Assembly: GCA_964247055.1 (NCBI GenBank)
Contig: OZ176055.1
Coordinates: 10,049,836 to 10,113,835 of the forward strand
DNA from: Paragordius varius
Taxonomy: Eukaryota; Animalia; Nematomorpha
DNA length: 64,000 nucleotides
Reading direction: 5' to 3'
Positions 52,826 to 62,032 of this stretch are shown in pieces. Below the pieces are notes generated by a model. It worked only from the letters and a program-made list of their open reading frames with translations. It was not told the origin of the DNA and ran no database searches. The position numbers were made by a program, and so were the translations under genes. The stretch's first letter is position 1, and every line of letters begins with the position of its first letter.

Positions 52826-55800
52826 GAGCTTCCTTTTATATTATTCCACTTCATATTTAAAAAATATAAATAATTATCCCTACTATATCCTTTCTATCCT
52901 ATCAGTTTATTCATCCCATTATCCCTTGATAATTATATCATTTTTTTGGCCTATTCTTCCAATTTATATCATATATCCGTTATCCTTATCCCATTTATAA
53001 CCGTTATCCTATTTATATCCGTTATCATATTTATATCCTCTATCCATATCCCAGTATATCCCATACGCTATTCATATCAATTATCCTTATCACATTTATA
53101 TCCATCTTTACCATGTATCCCATATCCTATTTATCTCAATTATCCCTATCCCAGTATTATCCCTTATGCTATTCATATCACTTATCCTTATTATATATCC
53201 ATCTTTACCATATATCCGTTATCCTTATCCCGCTAATAACCTTTATCTTATTTATATTGTTATTCAAATTATACCCGGTTTCCTTATCCCACTCATATTC
53301 ATAATCGCTATCCTTATTCTAATGTATCTTTTATCCTTATCCCTCTTACTTTTCGTAGATACACTATATTTATATTCCTGGCATTTACAATTTTTTTTTT
53401 TTTTTTTTTTTGATTTTCTGGCAATTAATTTTTTTTCCGGCATTTACACTATTTTTCTCGCCTTTTACCATCCATATAATATATTACATTCGTTTTATAT
53501 CCGTCCATCTTATTTTCTCTCCACTCCCTGCATTTATAACTATCTTATAACTCCAAATTTTTTTTTTAAACAAGCGAACATCCAAATATCCTGACCATTA
53601 TCATGAAACTTACAAGAGACAATGACACACTATTTATATCATTCCCATTATCACAAACATTCCACTGTCCCGAGCCTGATTGTCATTCCTCCTTTGCTGG
53701 GCATGAATGGTACCTCTCTAGAATATCTCTCCAAAGGCATATCCAAAACATACACAATATAACAATCAAACATATCATTAAATTTTGTGCAATATGTAAA
53801 CAATATATTCAAAGTAAACCCTCGCGACACCCTTGTCTTAAAAATAAAATGATATTACCAGAAACCAATCCTATAAAATGTACTCTATGTAATCAAACAT
53901 TTACAACAAAACAAGGGCTTAACAATCACACTTTTACTCACAAAAAGCATACTCTTGGATTTAAGACTTACCTCTCTAATAATAATAAATTTAATAAACC
54001 CCCAAATTGGAAGTTAACAACCATTTCTCCAAGAATCCACAGAGCCCCCAGAGTACATCGATCCCCATTATTACGACAAACTCCCCAAATAATCCCTTGG
54101 TCACCCATTATCCAAAAAGAAGAAACTCATAATCAAAAACGGCGAAAAATATCCAATAATAACAGTCCACTCCCTACCACTTCTAGAGGCTGGATTGATC
54201 TAAGCGAACCATCAGAAACGGAAAATGAATCCCCCTACACCATTAATGAATCAAACTCTATCATCACCCCAAATCAAAATACAACTACCATAAACGAACC
54301 AAATATCGATTTACTTCCTACTACATCCAAAGACTGGACTGAACCAGGTGAACATTCCGAAACTGAAATAGTTACAACCGACATGAACAATAATACACCA
54401 GATAACATTGAGCCTGTAAATACCTCTACCACATCGAAAACAAATACCGATCCATTCTCTGACGCACTCATACATATCAAACAGGACATAGAGACTTGTA
54501 ACAACTCTACTGAATTTAATGCTATATATAACAAATTAATAATTCTGATTCAAACACACTACAAAATTCAACCACTTAAAACACCATCTACCACACCTCA
54601 TAACATACAAAATAATCCATCTAAGATTCAAAGACTATATAAATTGAATCCAAAGCGAGCAACACGTCTCATTATAGACGGCGATCCTACTTATTGTCCG
54701 ATCGATAAAGATATTATTTTTCCCTACTTTCAAAATTTATTCACAGATACCTCTATACCAACCGATCTACCTCAACCACAACCTTTACCATTTCCCCCAT
54801 TTTCAATATCATATAATGAAGTGACCAAACAGCTCCTAAGGTCTAAATCAACCTCACCAGGCCCAAACGGTATTACACCTACCACCTGGCTAAAAATAGA
54901 GACACATTCACCAATCATAAAAACAATATTTGATAAAATAATTCAGCTAGGGACATTACCTGATGACTGGCTCTCTTCCAAAACAATCCTAATACACAAA
55001 TCCGGTAACATTAATGAAATAAAAAATTTTAGACCAATAACTATTTCCAACACACTATATAGAATCTTTTTTAAATATGTTAACCAAACTCTATTAAAAT
55101 CCATAATTGACAAATCTCTAATTCACCCTAATCAAAAAGGCTTTATGCCCTTTGATGGGGTATTAGAGCATAACTATGTCATTGAACAAACAATTAAGAG
55201 AGCCAAACAAGATAAGCAGAAACTTTTTATAGCCTTTCTCGATATAAATAAGGCGTTTGATTCAATTCCGCATAACCTACTTATTAATACAGTTTGTCAT
55301 CTTCCAATAAATACAACACTAAAAAAGATCATCATCCAAAATATATCCAGTTCTAAAACACAAATCTATACACAAGGCGGACTGACAGACCCGATTGCAT
55401 TTCAAAAGGGCATTAAACAGGGCTGCCCAGTCTCCGGAACTTTATTTAACCTGTCCATCAATCCACTCCTGGAGTTACTAAACACATCTTCAACATCCCT
55501 TGCATATGCCGATGATTTGGTAATCATCGCGCACCAAGCCGATGCTCTCCAAAAAACCATCCTCACTGCAGAGCATTGGCTTCAAGCACATAACATCACA
55601 ATAAATGTCAGCAAATCAGCCCTTCTTACTATTAACTCGCCAAATCCATCAATCACTATACACAATCAACTCCTCGAGCAAATCTGTGAAGGTAAATCCA
55701 TATCATACCTGGGCAAACCTATTTCGCCCTTAGCACCCCCCAAAAATACACAAGAACTGGATAATCTGGTCGACAACATAATACAATCCAATCTCGCACC

Positions 55801-57225
55801 ATGGCAGAAATTAGACTGTCTCAAAACATTCATTTTTCCCACCATCATCCATTCTCTCAGAATGGGAGCCTTGAAAAAAACCGATCTAAATAAATCTGAT
55901 AATAAAGTGCGATCCCTGATCAAAAAAATTACAGCCTTACCCGCCAGTGCCAATACCAATTATTTCTACGCACCCACAAAAGCAGGCGGTCTCGGGTTAC
56001 CCCAGCTTGGCATTCTACACGATGCATATTTGATTGACTCTACATACAAACTACTCACCTCTCCCGATGAAAAATTAGCAGACCAAGCCAAAATCCATCT
56101 TAAACATACAATATCAAAACATACCAACTCACCCTCCACAAATGATACTGACTTAAATCAATACTTCAATAATCAAATACAGATCAAAACCACTGGATGT
56201 TCATCTTTATACACCAAAGCCAGGCAAGCTTCTAAAAGGCTTGACCTGGCATGGGAATTTCAAAATTCGATACCTTTCATAAAAGGGCAATCGGTAAACA
56301 TTGACCCCAATGCCAGAAAAATTATTGTATCCTCAATATGCAAAAGAAATGCGAAAAACCACCTAAAATCCCTAATTGATTGCCCCAATCAAGGTAAAGT
56401 GATTGAAGCCATACAACAACATCCAGCCTCATCCCACTTTACCCTTTCGGGCACATATACATCTTTTAAATGCTGGCGCTTTATTCATAAGGCACGCCTT
56501 AATCTGCTCCCTGTCAATAGTCGTCCAGGATCAGCTAAAAATCCACTGTGCAGGAGATGTGGGAAGGCTAATGAAACTCTCCCCCATGTATTAAATCATT
56601 GCCTTCGATACTCTCCACACTGGATTAGGCGACACAACGCTTGTTTGGACATATTGAAAAATCATTTAACAAGCGACACCATAATACAACATGAAAACAC
56701 TTACATAACACACTTACCATTAAAACCAGACTTAATCCTAATTAACAAAGGCAACTGCTACATAGTAGATGCTGTCTGTCCCTTCGAAAACAGATATCAG
56801 TCCCTGACAGATGCTTATAACAAAAAAATTGATAAATATGAAGCTCTCATTCCTCAATTAGAATTCCAATATAAAACGGTCCAAATTCTCCCACTAGTCG
56901 TCGGAGCTTTAGGTGCATGGTACTCCAAAAATGATATCATACTTAATAAACTTTGCTCATCCATAGATGCACAGAGAATTCGCAAGCAAATGGTGAGCAC
57001 TACTATATTCTATAGTTCTGAAATATGGAGTTCCTTTATCTCAAATGACTATGTAGGTAATACACCACCCCCTTTTATCAAAAAATCTTAAAATTATATA
57101 AAGAATTTATTTTCAGTATTATAAGATACACTCAATTTGCAGTATTTTTGTGTTTGCATTCTTCTTTCTCTATAATTATATAATATAATGTGATATCACA
57201 CAAATATATATTTAAATAAATTCAA
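52826..57225 (+). mobile_element. Full-length U2-specific RLE non-LTR retrotransposon (Utopia-type, R2 superfamily), ~4.4 kb
   Basis: Lies exactly between U2 GTGTAG and TCTGTTCTTATCAG; ~780-nt 5' UTR, single ORF, ~134-nt 3' UTR with AATAAA (57215-57220); no poly(A) tail and no TSD. Confidence 0.93.
53603..57091 (+). CDS. Retrotransposon protein, 1162 aa: three N-terminal zinc fingers, reverse transcriptase, CCHC knuckle, PD-(D/E)xK restriction-like endonuclease
   Basis: ZF1 CPEPDC..HIQNIH, ZF2 CAIC..H.C, ZF3 CTLC..HTFTH; RT motifs PGPNGI, NFRPIT, QKGF, FLDINKAFDSI, GIKQGCPVSGTLF, YADD (55505-55516), YLG; CRRC..HVLNHC; RHN; KPDL..D..CPFE..KIDKY. Confidence 0.96.
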   Translation: MKLTRDNDTLFISFPLSQTFHCPEPDCHSSFAGHEWYLSRISLQRHIQNIHNITIKHIIKFCAICKQYIQSKPSRHPCLKNKMILPETNPIKCTLCNQTFTTKQGLNNHTFTHKKHTLGFKTYLSNNNKFNKPPNWKLTTISPRIHRAPRVHRSPLLRQTPQIIPWSPIIQKEETHNQKRRKISNNNSPLPTTSRGWIDLSEPSETENESPYTINESNSIITPNQNTTTINEPNIDLLPTTSKDWTEPGEHSETEIVTTDMNNNTPDNIEPVNTSTTSKTNTDPFSDALIHIKQDIETCNNSTEFNAIYNKLIILIQTHYKIQPLKTPSTTPHNIQNNPSKIQRLYKLNPKRATRLIIDGDPTYCPIDKDIIFPYFQNLFTDTSIPTDLPQPQPLPFPPFSISYNEVTKQLLRSKSTSPGPNGITPTTWLKIETHSPIIKTIFDKIIQLGTLPDDWLSSKTILIHKSGNINEIKNFRPITISNTLYRIFFKYVNQTLLKSIIDKSLIHPNQKGFMPFDGVLEHNYVIEQTIKRAKQDKQKLFIAFLDINKAFDSIPHNLLINTVCHLPINTTLKKIIIQNISSSKTQIYTQGGLTDPIAFQKGIKQGCPVSGTLFNLSINPLLELLNTSSTSLAYADDLVIIAHQADALQKTILTAEHWLQAHNITINVSKSALLTINSPNPSITIHNQLLEQICEGKSISYLGKPISPLAPPKNTQELDNLVDNIIQSNLAPWQKLDCLKTFIFPTIIHSLRMGALKKTDLNKSDNKVRSLIKKITALPASANTNYFYAPTKAGGLGLPQLGILHDAYLIDSTYKLLTSPDEKLADQAKIHLKHTISKHTNSPSTNDTDLNQYFNNQIQIKTTGCSSLYTKARQASKRLDLAWEFQNSIPFIKGQSVNIDPNARKIIVSSICKRNAKNHLKSLIDCPNQGKVIEAIQQHPASSHFTLSGTYTSFKCWRFIHKARLNLLPVNSRPGSAKNPLCRRCGKANETLPHVLNHCLRYSPHWIRRHNACLDILKNHLTSDTIIQHENTYITHLPLKPDLILINKGNCYIVDAVCPFENRYQSLTDAYNKKIDKYEALIPQLEFQYKTVQILPLVVGALGAWYSKNDIILNKLCSSIDAQRIRKQMVSTTIFYSSEIWSSFISNDYVGNTPPPFIKKS

Positions 57226-57378
57226 TCTGTTCTTATCAGCTTAATATCTGATACGACCTCTAAAGAGGTCCATGATATTAAATTTATTTTTGGAGATTTT
57301 GGGGAGGCGCTCTGGGCTTGCCTATCCCTCCCCATCGGGTCAACCTGGTATTGCAGTACCTCCAGGAGTGGCCCAAAC
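57226..57378 (+). ncRNA. RNU2: U2 snRNA gene, 3' part
   Basis: TCTGTTCTTATCAGCTTAATATCTGATA (stem IIa), GACCTC-TAAA-GAGGTC (stem IIb), Sm site ATTTTTGG, stem III GGGGAGG/CCCTCCCC, stem IV CCTGG..TATTGCAGTAC..CCAGG, ending GGCCCAAAC. Confidence 0.96.
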
Positions 57379-57509
57379 ACAATCATAAAAATCAATTTAG
57401 AAACTATTTAAAACTTTGGAAAAAGTTTATAAAATGATAAGGATTTTCTTATAAAGAACTCGAAAACTTAAGAAAAAATTATAAAATGTTTCAAGTGTAT
57501 TTCATTATC

Positions 57510-57576
57510 AGGCCACTTCTGTGTAGACGCCAGGGAAAGACCAAATCTCCAAAAATAAAAATAACATTATGGACCT
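57510..57576 (-). pseudogene. Decayed antisense fragment of the U2 3' half
   Basis: AGGCCACTTCTG matches the reverse complement of U2 CAGGAGTGGCCC, and CCAAATCTCCAAAAATAAAAATAACATTATGGACCT matches the reverse complement of U2 AGGTCCATGATATTAAATTTATTTTTGGAGATTTTGG; the middle is deleted or replaced. Confidence 0.65.
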
Positions 57577-58849
57577 GTGGAATATAACATATGTAATCAG
57601 AAATATTTAGAAATTATCACATACTTTGGCAAATATGAATATTTAAAGTACAAAAATGGTACCCAAAGTTATTCGTAGAGAAAAAAATTACTAATAATTG
57701 TTCCATATTATAAAAAATTTAATTTTAAAGCAAAAGCAAAATTAAGCGAAAATAGCGATTAAAAATGGTACTATAAAAAAACCGAAGACTACATAAAAAT
57801 AATTAACAAGGTATTAAAGAAATCCAAGAGAAAAAATAAATTAAACTGAGTATATTCAAATACAGATAATAATGATAGTCGATTTGAATAAGTGCTAAAA
57901 TAAATGCGCGATTATGAAAAATAAATGGTGGTAAAAATAGAATGGTGAATATATGTAGCGTTTGTAAAATTCAATTTAAAAATATAAAAAAGCAGACATA
58001 AAAACTAGTTATACAAGGATTAATATTATTTTGAGATTAGATATTATATATTATTATTGCGATTAAAGAATTATAATTTATGTAAATACAAGATATCACT
58101 TATCATTGTGGCTTTTCTTATGGCTTATTTTTATATCATAAATCTTATAAATATATAAACATAATTTTTGATTAACAAAGCGATACTTAGTAACTTACAT
58201 CCTATATGTAAAATTAAATGCATGATATTTTATATTTAATATGCATATAGGCATTGATTTATCAATGACATAGCAATAATATAGAAGCATTGGGCAATAA
58301 TTTATGAATACTTTGCAAATATATATTCACAATAATTTGCAAATGAATTTATAGATATGATGTTTTTATAAAATTTAGCTCGCTAATACTTTCAATACTT
58401 GCCAGTATCTATAATGATTACGGATAAAAAAGAAAAATACTGGGCATGTTTTAATTTTATCGGTTATCACAAATATATTCTGATAGATAAAAAATGTGAA
58501 AATTTACATGGCATTTTATAAGTTTCTTTGCGTTTTCAAGATTGAAAACTCAATTCAGCGGACAAAAGACAAATTTTCTGTTTTTTAAGCTATATTATTT
58601 TTTTTAAATGATGAAATTTTGTTAAAAATGAGTATAATACTGAAAATAAACTATTCAATAAGAATATATTTTATATTAATGATATAGCCGGAAAACTGAT
58701 AATTATTTTTTCTTGAATTGTTCAAGAGTTTATTTTAATTGCTCGAGAGTGAATAAGAATCGTAAATATTCTGAGAAAAATCAATTCTCATAGTTTACAG
58801 CTATATGGTAACTGCACCATATATAGACTATCATGCACATTTAATTTAA

Positions 58850-59360
58850 CATTTCGATTCAAATTGGGATGTATAACCCGAAAAAATATTGTAGTTGATA
58901 TTTTTTATAAATTAACTGGAGAAACCGTTTAAATTAATGCTTTTATCCTGATAGAAATTGTATGAATAACAAAATATTTATATTAAATTTAGTTTTGAAA
59001 AAGGGTTTTTACCAAACTACATCGACGCCATTTCTATTTTGCAACAATCATGTTTTTTGAATTGTAAGGTTAAAAGTGAGTTATTTTTTATTAAAATCAC
59101 ATTTAACATTATTATATACAGAAAAAGTGGAATATTTTGCATTATTTTTATATTATTCTTATGCACAATGTCATGCCTAAATTTGAACCTTGGGTTTTAC
59201 CTTAATAAAATATCTTTAAAAATTTTTTTATATTTTGGTTCATAAATATTATAAATTTTTGTTTTGGTGTCATTTCTTTGATATTTTTTAATATTGATTT
59301 CCTAGGTATCCAACGACCCCAATCTAAATCGAAGAACTGATCTGAATGTGTATCCAAGTG
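58850..59360 (-). mobile_element. Older, degenerate piggyBac-type MITE (family B)
   Basis: TTAA-CATTTCGATTCAAATTGGGA ... CCCCAATCTAAATCGAAG...GTATCCAAGTG-TTAA. Confidence 0.65.
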
Positions 59361-60914
59361 TTAATATATTTATCTGGGTAAATCCTATAATCCTAAAAAA
59401 ATTACTAAATCTTAAACTACATTTAAAGCAAAACAATAAACTGTTCGCCAAAAATAACAAATTTTCAAAATTTAAATTTGACGCCAAGGTGTGAATTTTA
59501 GCTTATATTTTAAAAAATCTTTCTGGCACCCTCCGTATTGTAAAATCTTTGCTAAAATGCTATATTAACACAAATTAAATTGTGTTGACACGTTTCCATC
59601 TAATGTTTTAATTTTATTTGATCTAATATGCGATAAAAATGTGATTTGATTTTGGCTAATAACAGAAAAATTAAATAACTATTTTTAGTATTTTAAAGGA
59701 TCAATCATTTCAATGTTCATTATCCTGATGCTTTTAGCTATCGAATGATATATGATACATTTATCCATATTTTTGACCCCCATTTTTGCTGCAGAGTGTC
59801 ACCTAAACGAGACGGCATATTAAAATTCACTACGTTAAAAATATATATCAATGCTTGCAGAAGCCTACATCGATAACCTATTAAGATTGGCTTAGGATGC
59901 TTTACCATAAAAATTGTTGGTTATTAATATAATAGATCCACATATGCAATTATCTAGAGATGATCAAAATATATTTTTTTGGGTAGAAATTGGAATTATA
60001 CTGATAAAACGTAAATTCAAAAGACAATTATTTAAGGACAATTATACTTTTTAAATTTAAACATCTTTTTAGTTTGCGAAATAGCAATAGATTTATATTT
60101 TGGTGTACTGTTATAGAGTATAAATATCTGCATGGCAGCATATAATAACCATTATAAAATATTATCTTATATAAATAACGGCCCTTGAGCGAAAATATCA
60201 TTCTCTCGACAGATTTTTTTAATAAGCACCACTGATCAAACTCTATAAAAACCTCCATCTGTTTCCTTTCAATGGTTAAAATATCGATTGTATATATGCA
60301 ATCACTATTGTTATCTTTACAATATAAAAACATGTTATGATTTTCGCTTTTTTAATGTTCCATGTTCAGATTAAAGTTATTAATCAATCAGGGTGAAGAA
60401 AAAATGAAAATAACAAATTTTCCCTTTAAAAACAAACCCATATTTTTAATCCGAAATCATTGGAAATCATAGATATAAATTCCAATATACATGTTGAACC
60501 ATTGGTAATACAGCAGCATGTGTTATGAAACAAACTTTGTCCATAATAATTATATAAACAATGTAATGTATATTCAAAAAACTTTTTTATCACCCCACAA
60601 TTATTGGCTAATAATATTAAAAGTGAAAAAAATAACTATAAGCCAATAATACAGCCCCCTTTGTTTTCTTTAATTTTTGGCAATAATAACTTTTTAGCAA
60701 TATATAATTTACTCATACTGTAAATGGATAAATTTTATCCATTTTACAATTCAATAAAGTCAGGCTTTATAAAAAGTATGGATGGCTTTTTAAAAAAATA
60801 TATCTATTAATTTTACGTTTTGTGCGTATTTTAAAGTGTAAAAATATATTATAAAGAAATATTAAATCAACATAGAGTAATTCATAAAAATAATTACTGT
60901 TATTTTTTTTTAAT

Positions 60915-60966
60915 TTAGGGTTAGGGTTAGGTTTAGAGAGTGCTTGGGTTAGGGTTAGGGTTAGGG
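60915..60966 (+). repeat. Proximal, partly degenerate TTAGGG tract
   Basis: TTAGGGTTAGGGTTAGGTTTAGAGAGTGCTTGGGTTAGGGTTAGGGTTAGGG. Confidence 0.9.
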
Positions 60967-62032
60967 TAATGTGACCAGATATTTTGAACTTTGACGCAGT
61001 AAATTAAAACATACTTTGCCTGTTTTTACTCCATCGGTGTGGTATATTACACAGTTTCCACAAAAAAATATCCTGATGAAATATAAATGCATATATATAT
61101 ATATATATATTCTGATGGGAAAATATCAGGATTATCGTGGTGCTTTTGGTATTAACCTTTACGAGTTATTAAAGAAAGTTATTTACACTTTTGTGGTAAA
61201 TGCTCCGCATAAAATTGCAAAAGATGCGCAATTTTTTGAAATATTTTTTTTTGGTTAAAGCTAAATGCTTTACAAAAAATATCACTAAAATATATAACTT
61301 ACATATAAAAAGTAAAAGAATATTTTTTAAAAATTTTAAATTTTTAGATGTGGTATCTGAAGGTACTAAATTTTTTGGATCTTTTAAAAAGGACTGTTCT
61401 TTCAAATAAAGGCAAAATTCCGACATTGTGCATTAATTTTAAAAATTAAGTATCATACTTCCCAGCTAATGAGTATGTAAAACTTGAAAACTCTTAAATA
61501 TACTATTTAGAAATCATACGCCATATATAATAAATTTTATATAATAGTTACAAGCATAACAATTTTCCGTTTGTTAATTATAACAAAACATGAACTTTCT
61601 AAACCTAATCAAACATTTACTAAAATATTATAAATTAATTTTGTTAGTTTTAAATTTTGAGGCACCTCTTTTTGCGGAAGCCCTAAGTGAAAGAGCCATT
61701 AGCCTGATCTTACGGTGTGGAGTCGAAGATTAATAGTTTCTCCAGTGCGGGAAAGGGTGCAATCGTAAGTTTTATGTATCATTCGAGAGAAAATAAAATA
61801 TTATCCAATTAAAAATAAGCCAATCTCAGTTTTTTACCGCAAAATGAACAATTTCTTTGATTATGGGGTTATTTTTACATAGGGTGCTATATTAAAGTTA
61901 ACTAATATATATTTATAAAAAATTATTTTTTTTAATTTTAAAAAGCAGCACAAAAGTGCACGCAGTACAAGCGCGGTTTTTTCCCGAAAACCCAGTACTG
62001 TACTGCGAAAAACAGCCTATCTGGTCACATTA
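60967..62032. mobile_element. Non-autonomous hAT-like element (1066 bp) inserted within telomeric repeats
   Basis: Perfect 15-bp TIR TAATGTGACCAGATA / TATCTGGTCACATTA; flanks GGTTAGGG and GGGAAGGG match 6/8 as a TSD; TTAGGG repeats on both sides. Confidence 0.72.

Noticed and set aside
52946-53594. Short + strand ORFs (96, 63 and 142 aa) as a retroelement ORF1 or membrane proteins
   Set aside because: The I/L/Y/P/S/F-rich translations are by-products of G-poor TATCC repeats and T runs in the 5' UTR; no domain motifs.
54274-56594. Antisense or alternate-frame ORFs inside the retroelement (86, 97 and 63 aa)
   Set aside because: Shadow ORFs of a long coding region, with no independent motifs.
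53603-57091. Assignment as 28S-specific R2 or as a telomere-specific TRAS/SART/Athena element
   Set aside because: The flanks are U2, not 28S rDNA or TTAGGG. It has an RLE rather than an APE endonuclease and lies ~3.7 kb from the first telomeric repeat.
58000-61430. Short ORFs of 60-100 aa in the distal subtelomere and similar ones elsewhere
   Set aside because: F/I/K/L/N-rich translations typical of random AT-rich DNA or MITE sequence, with no motifs or splice support.
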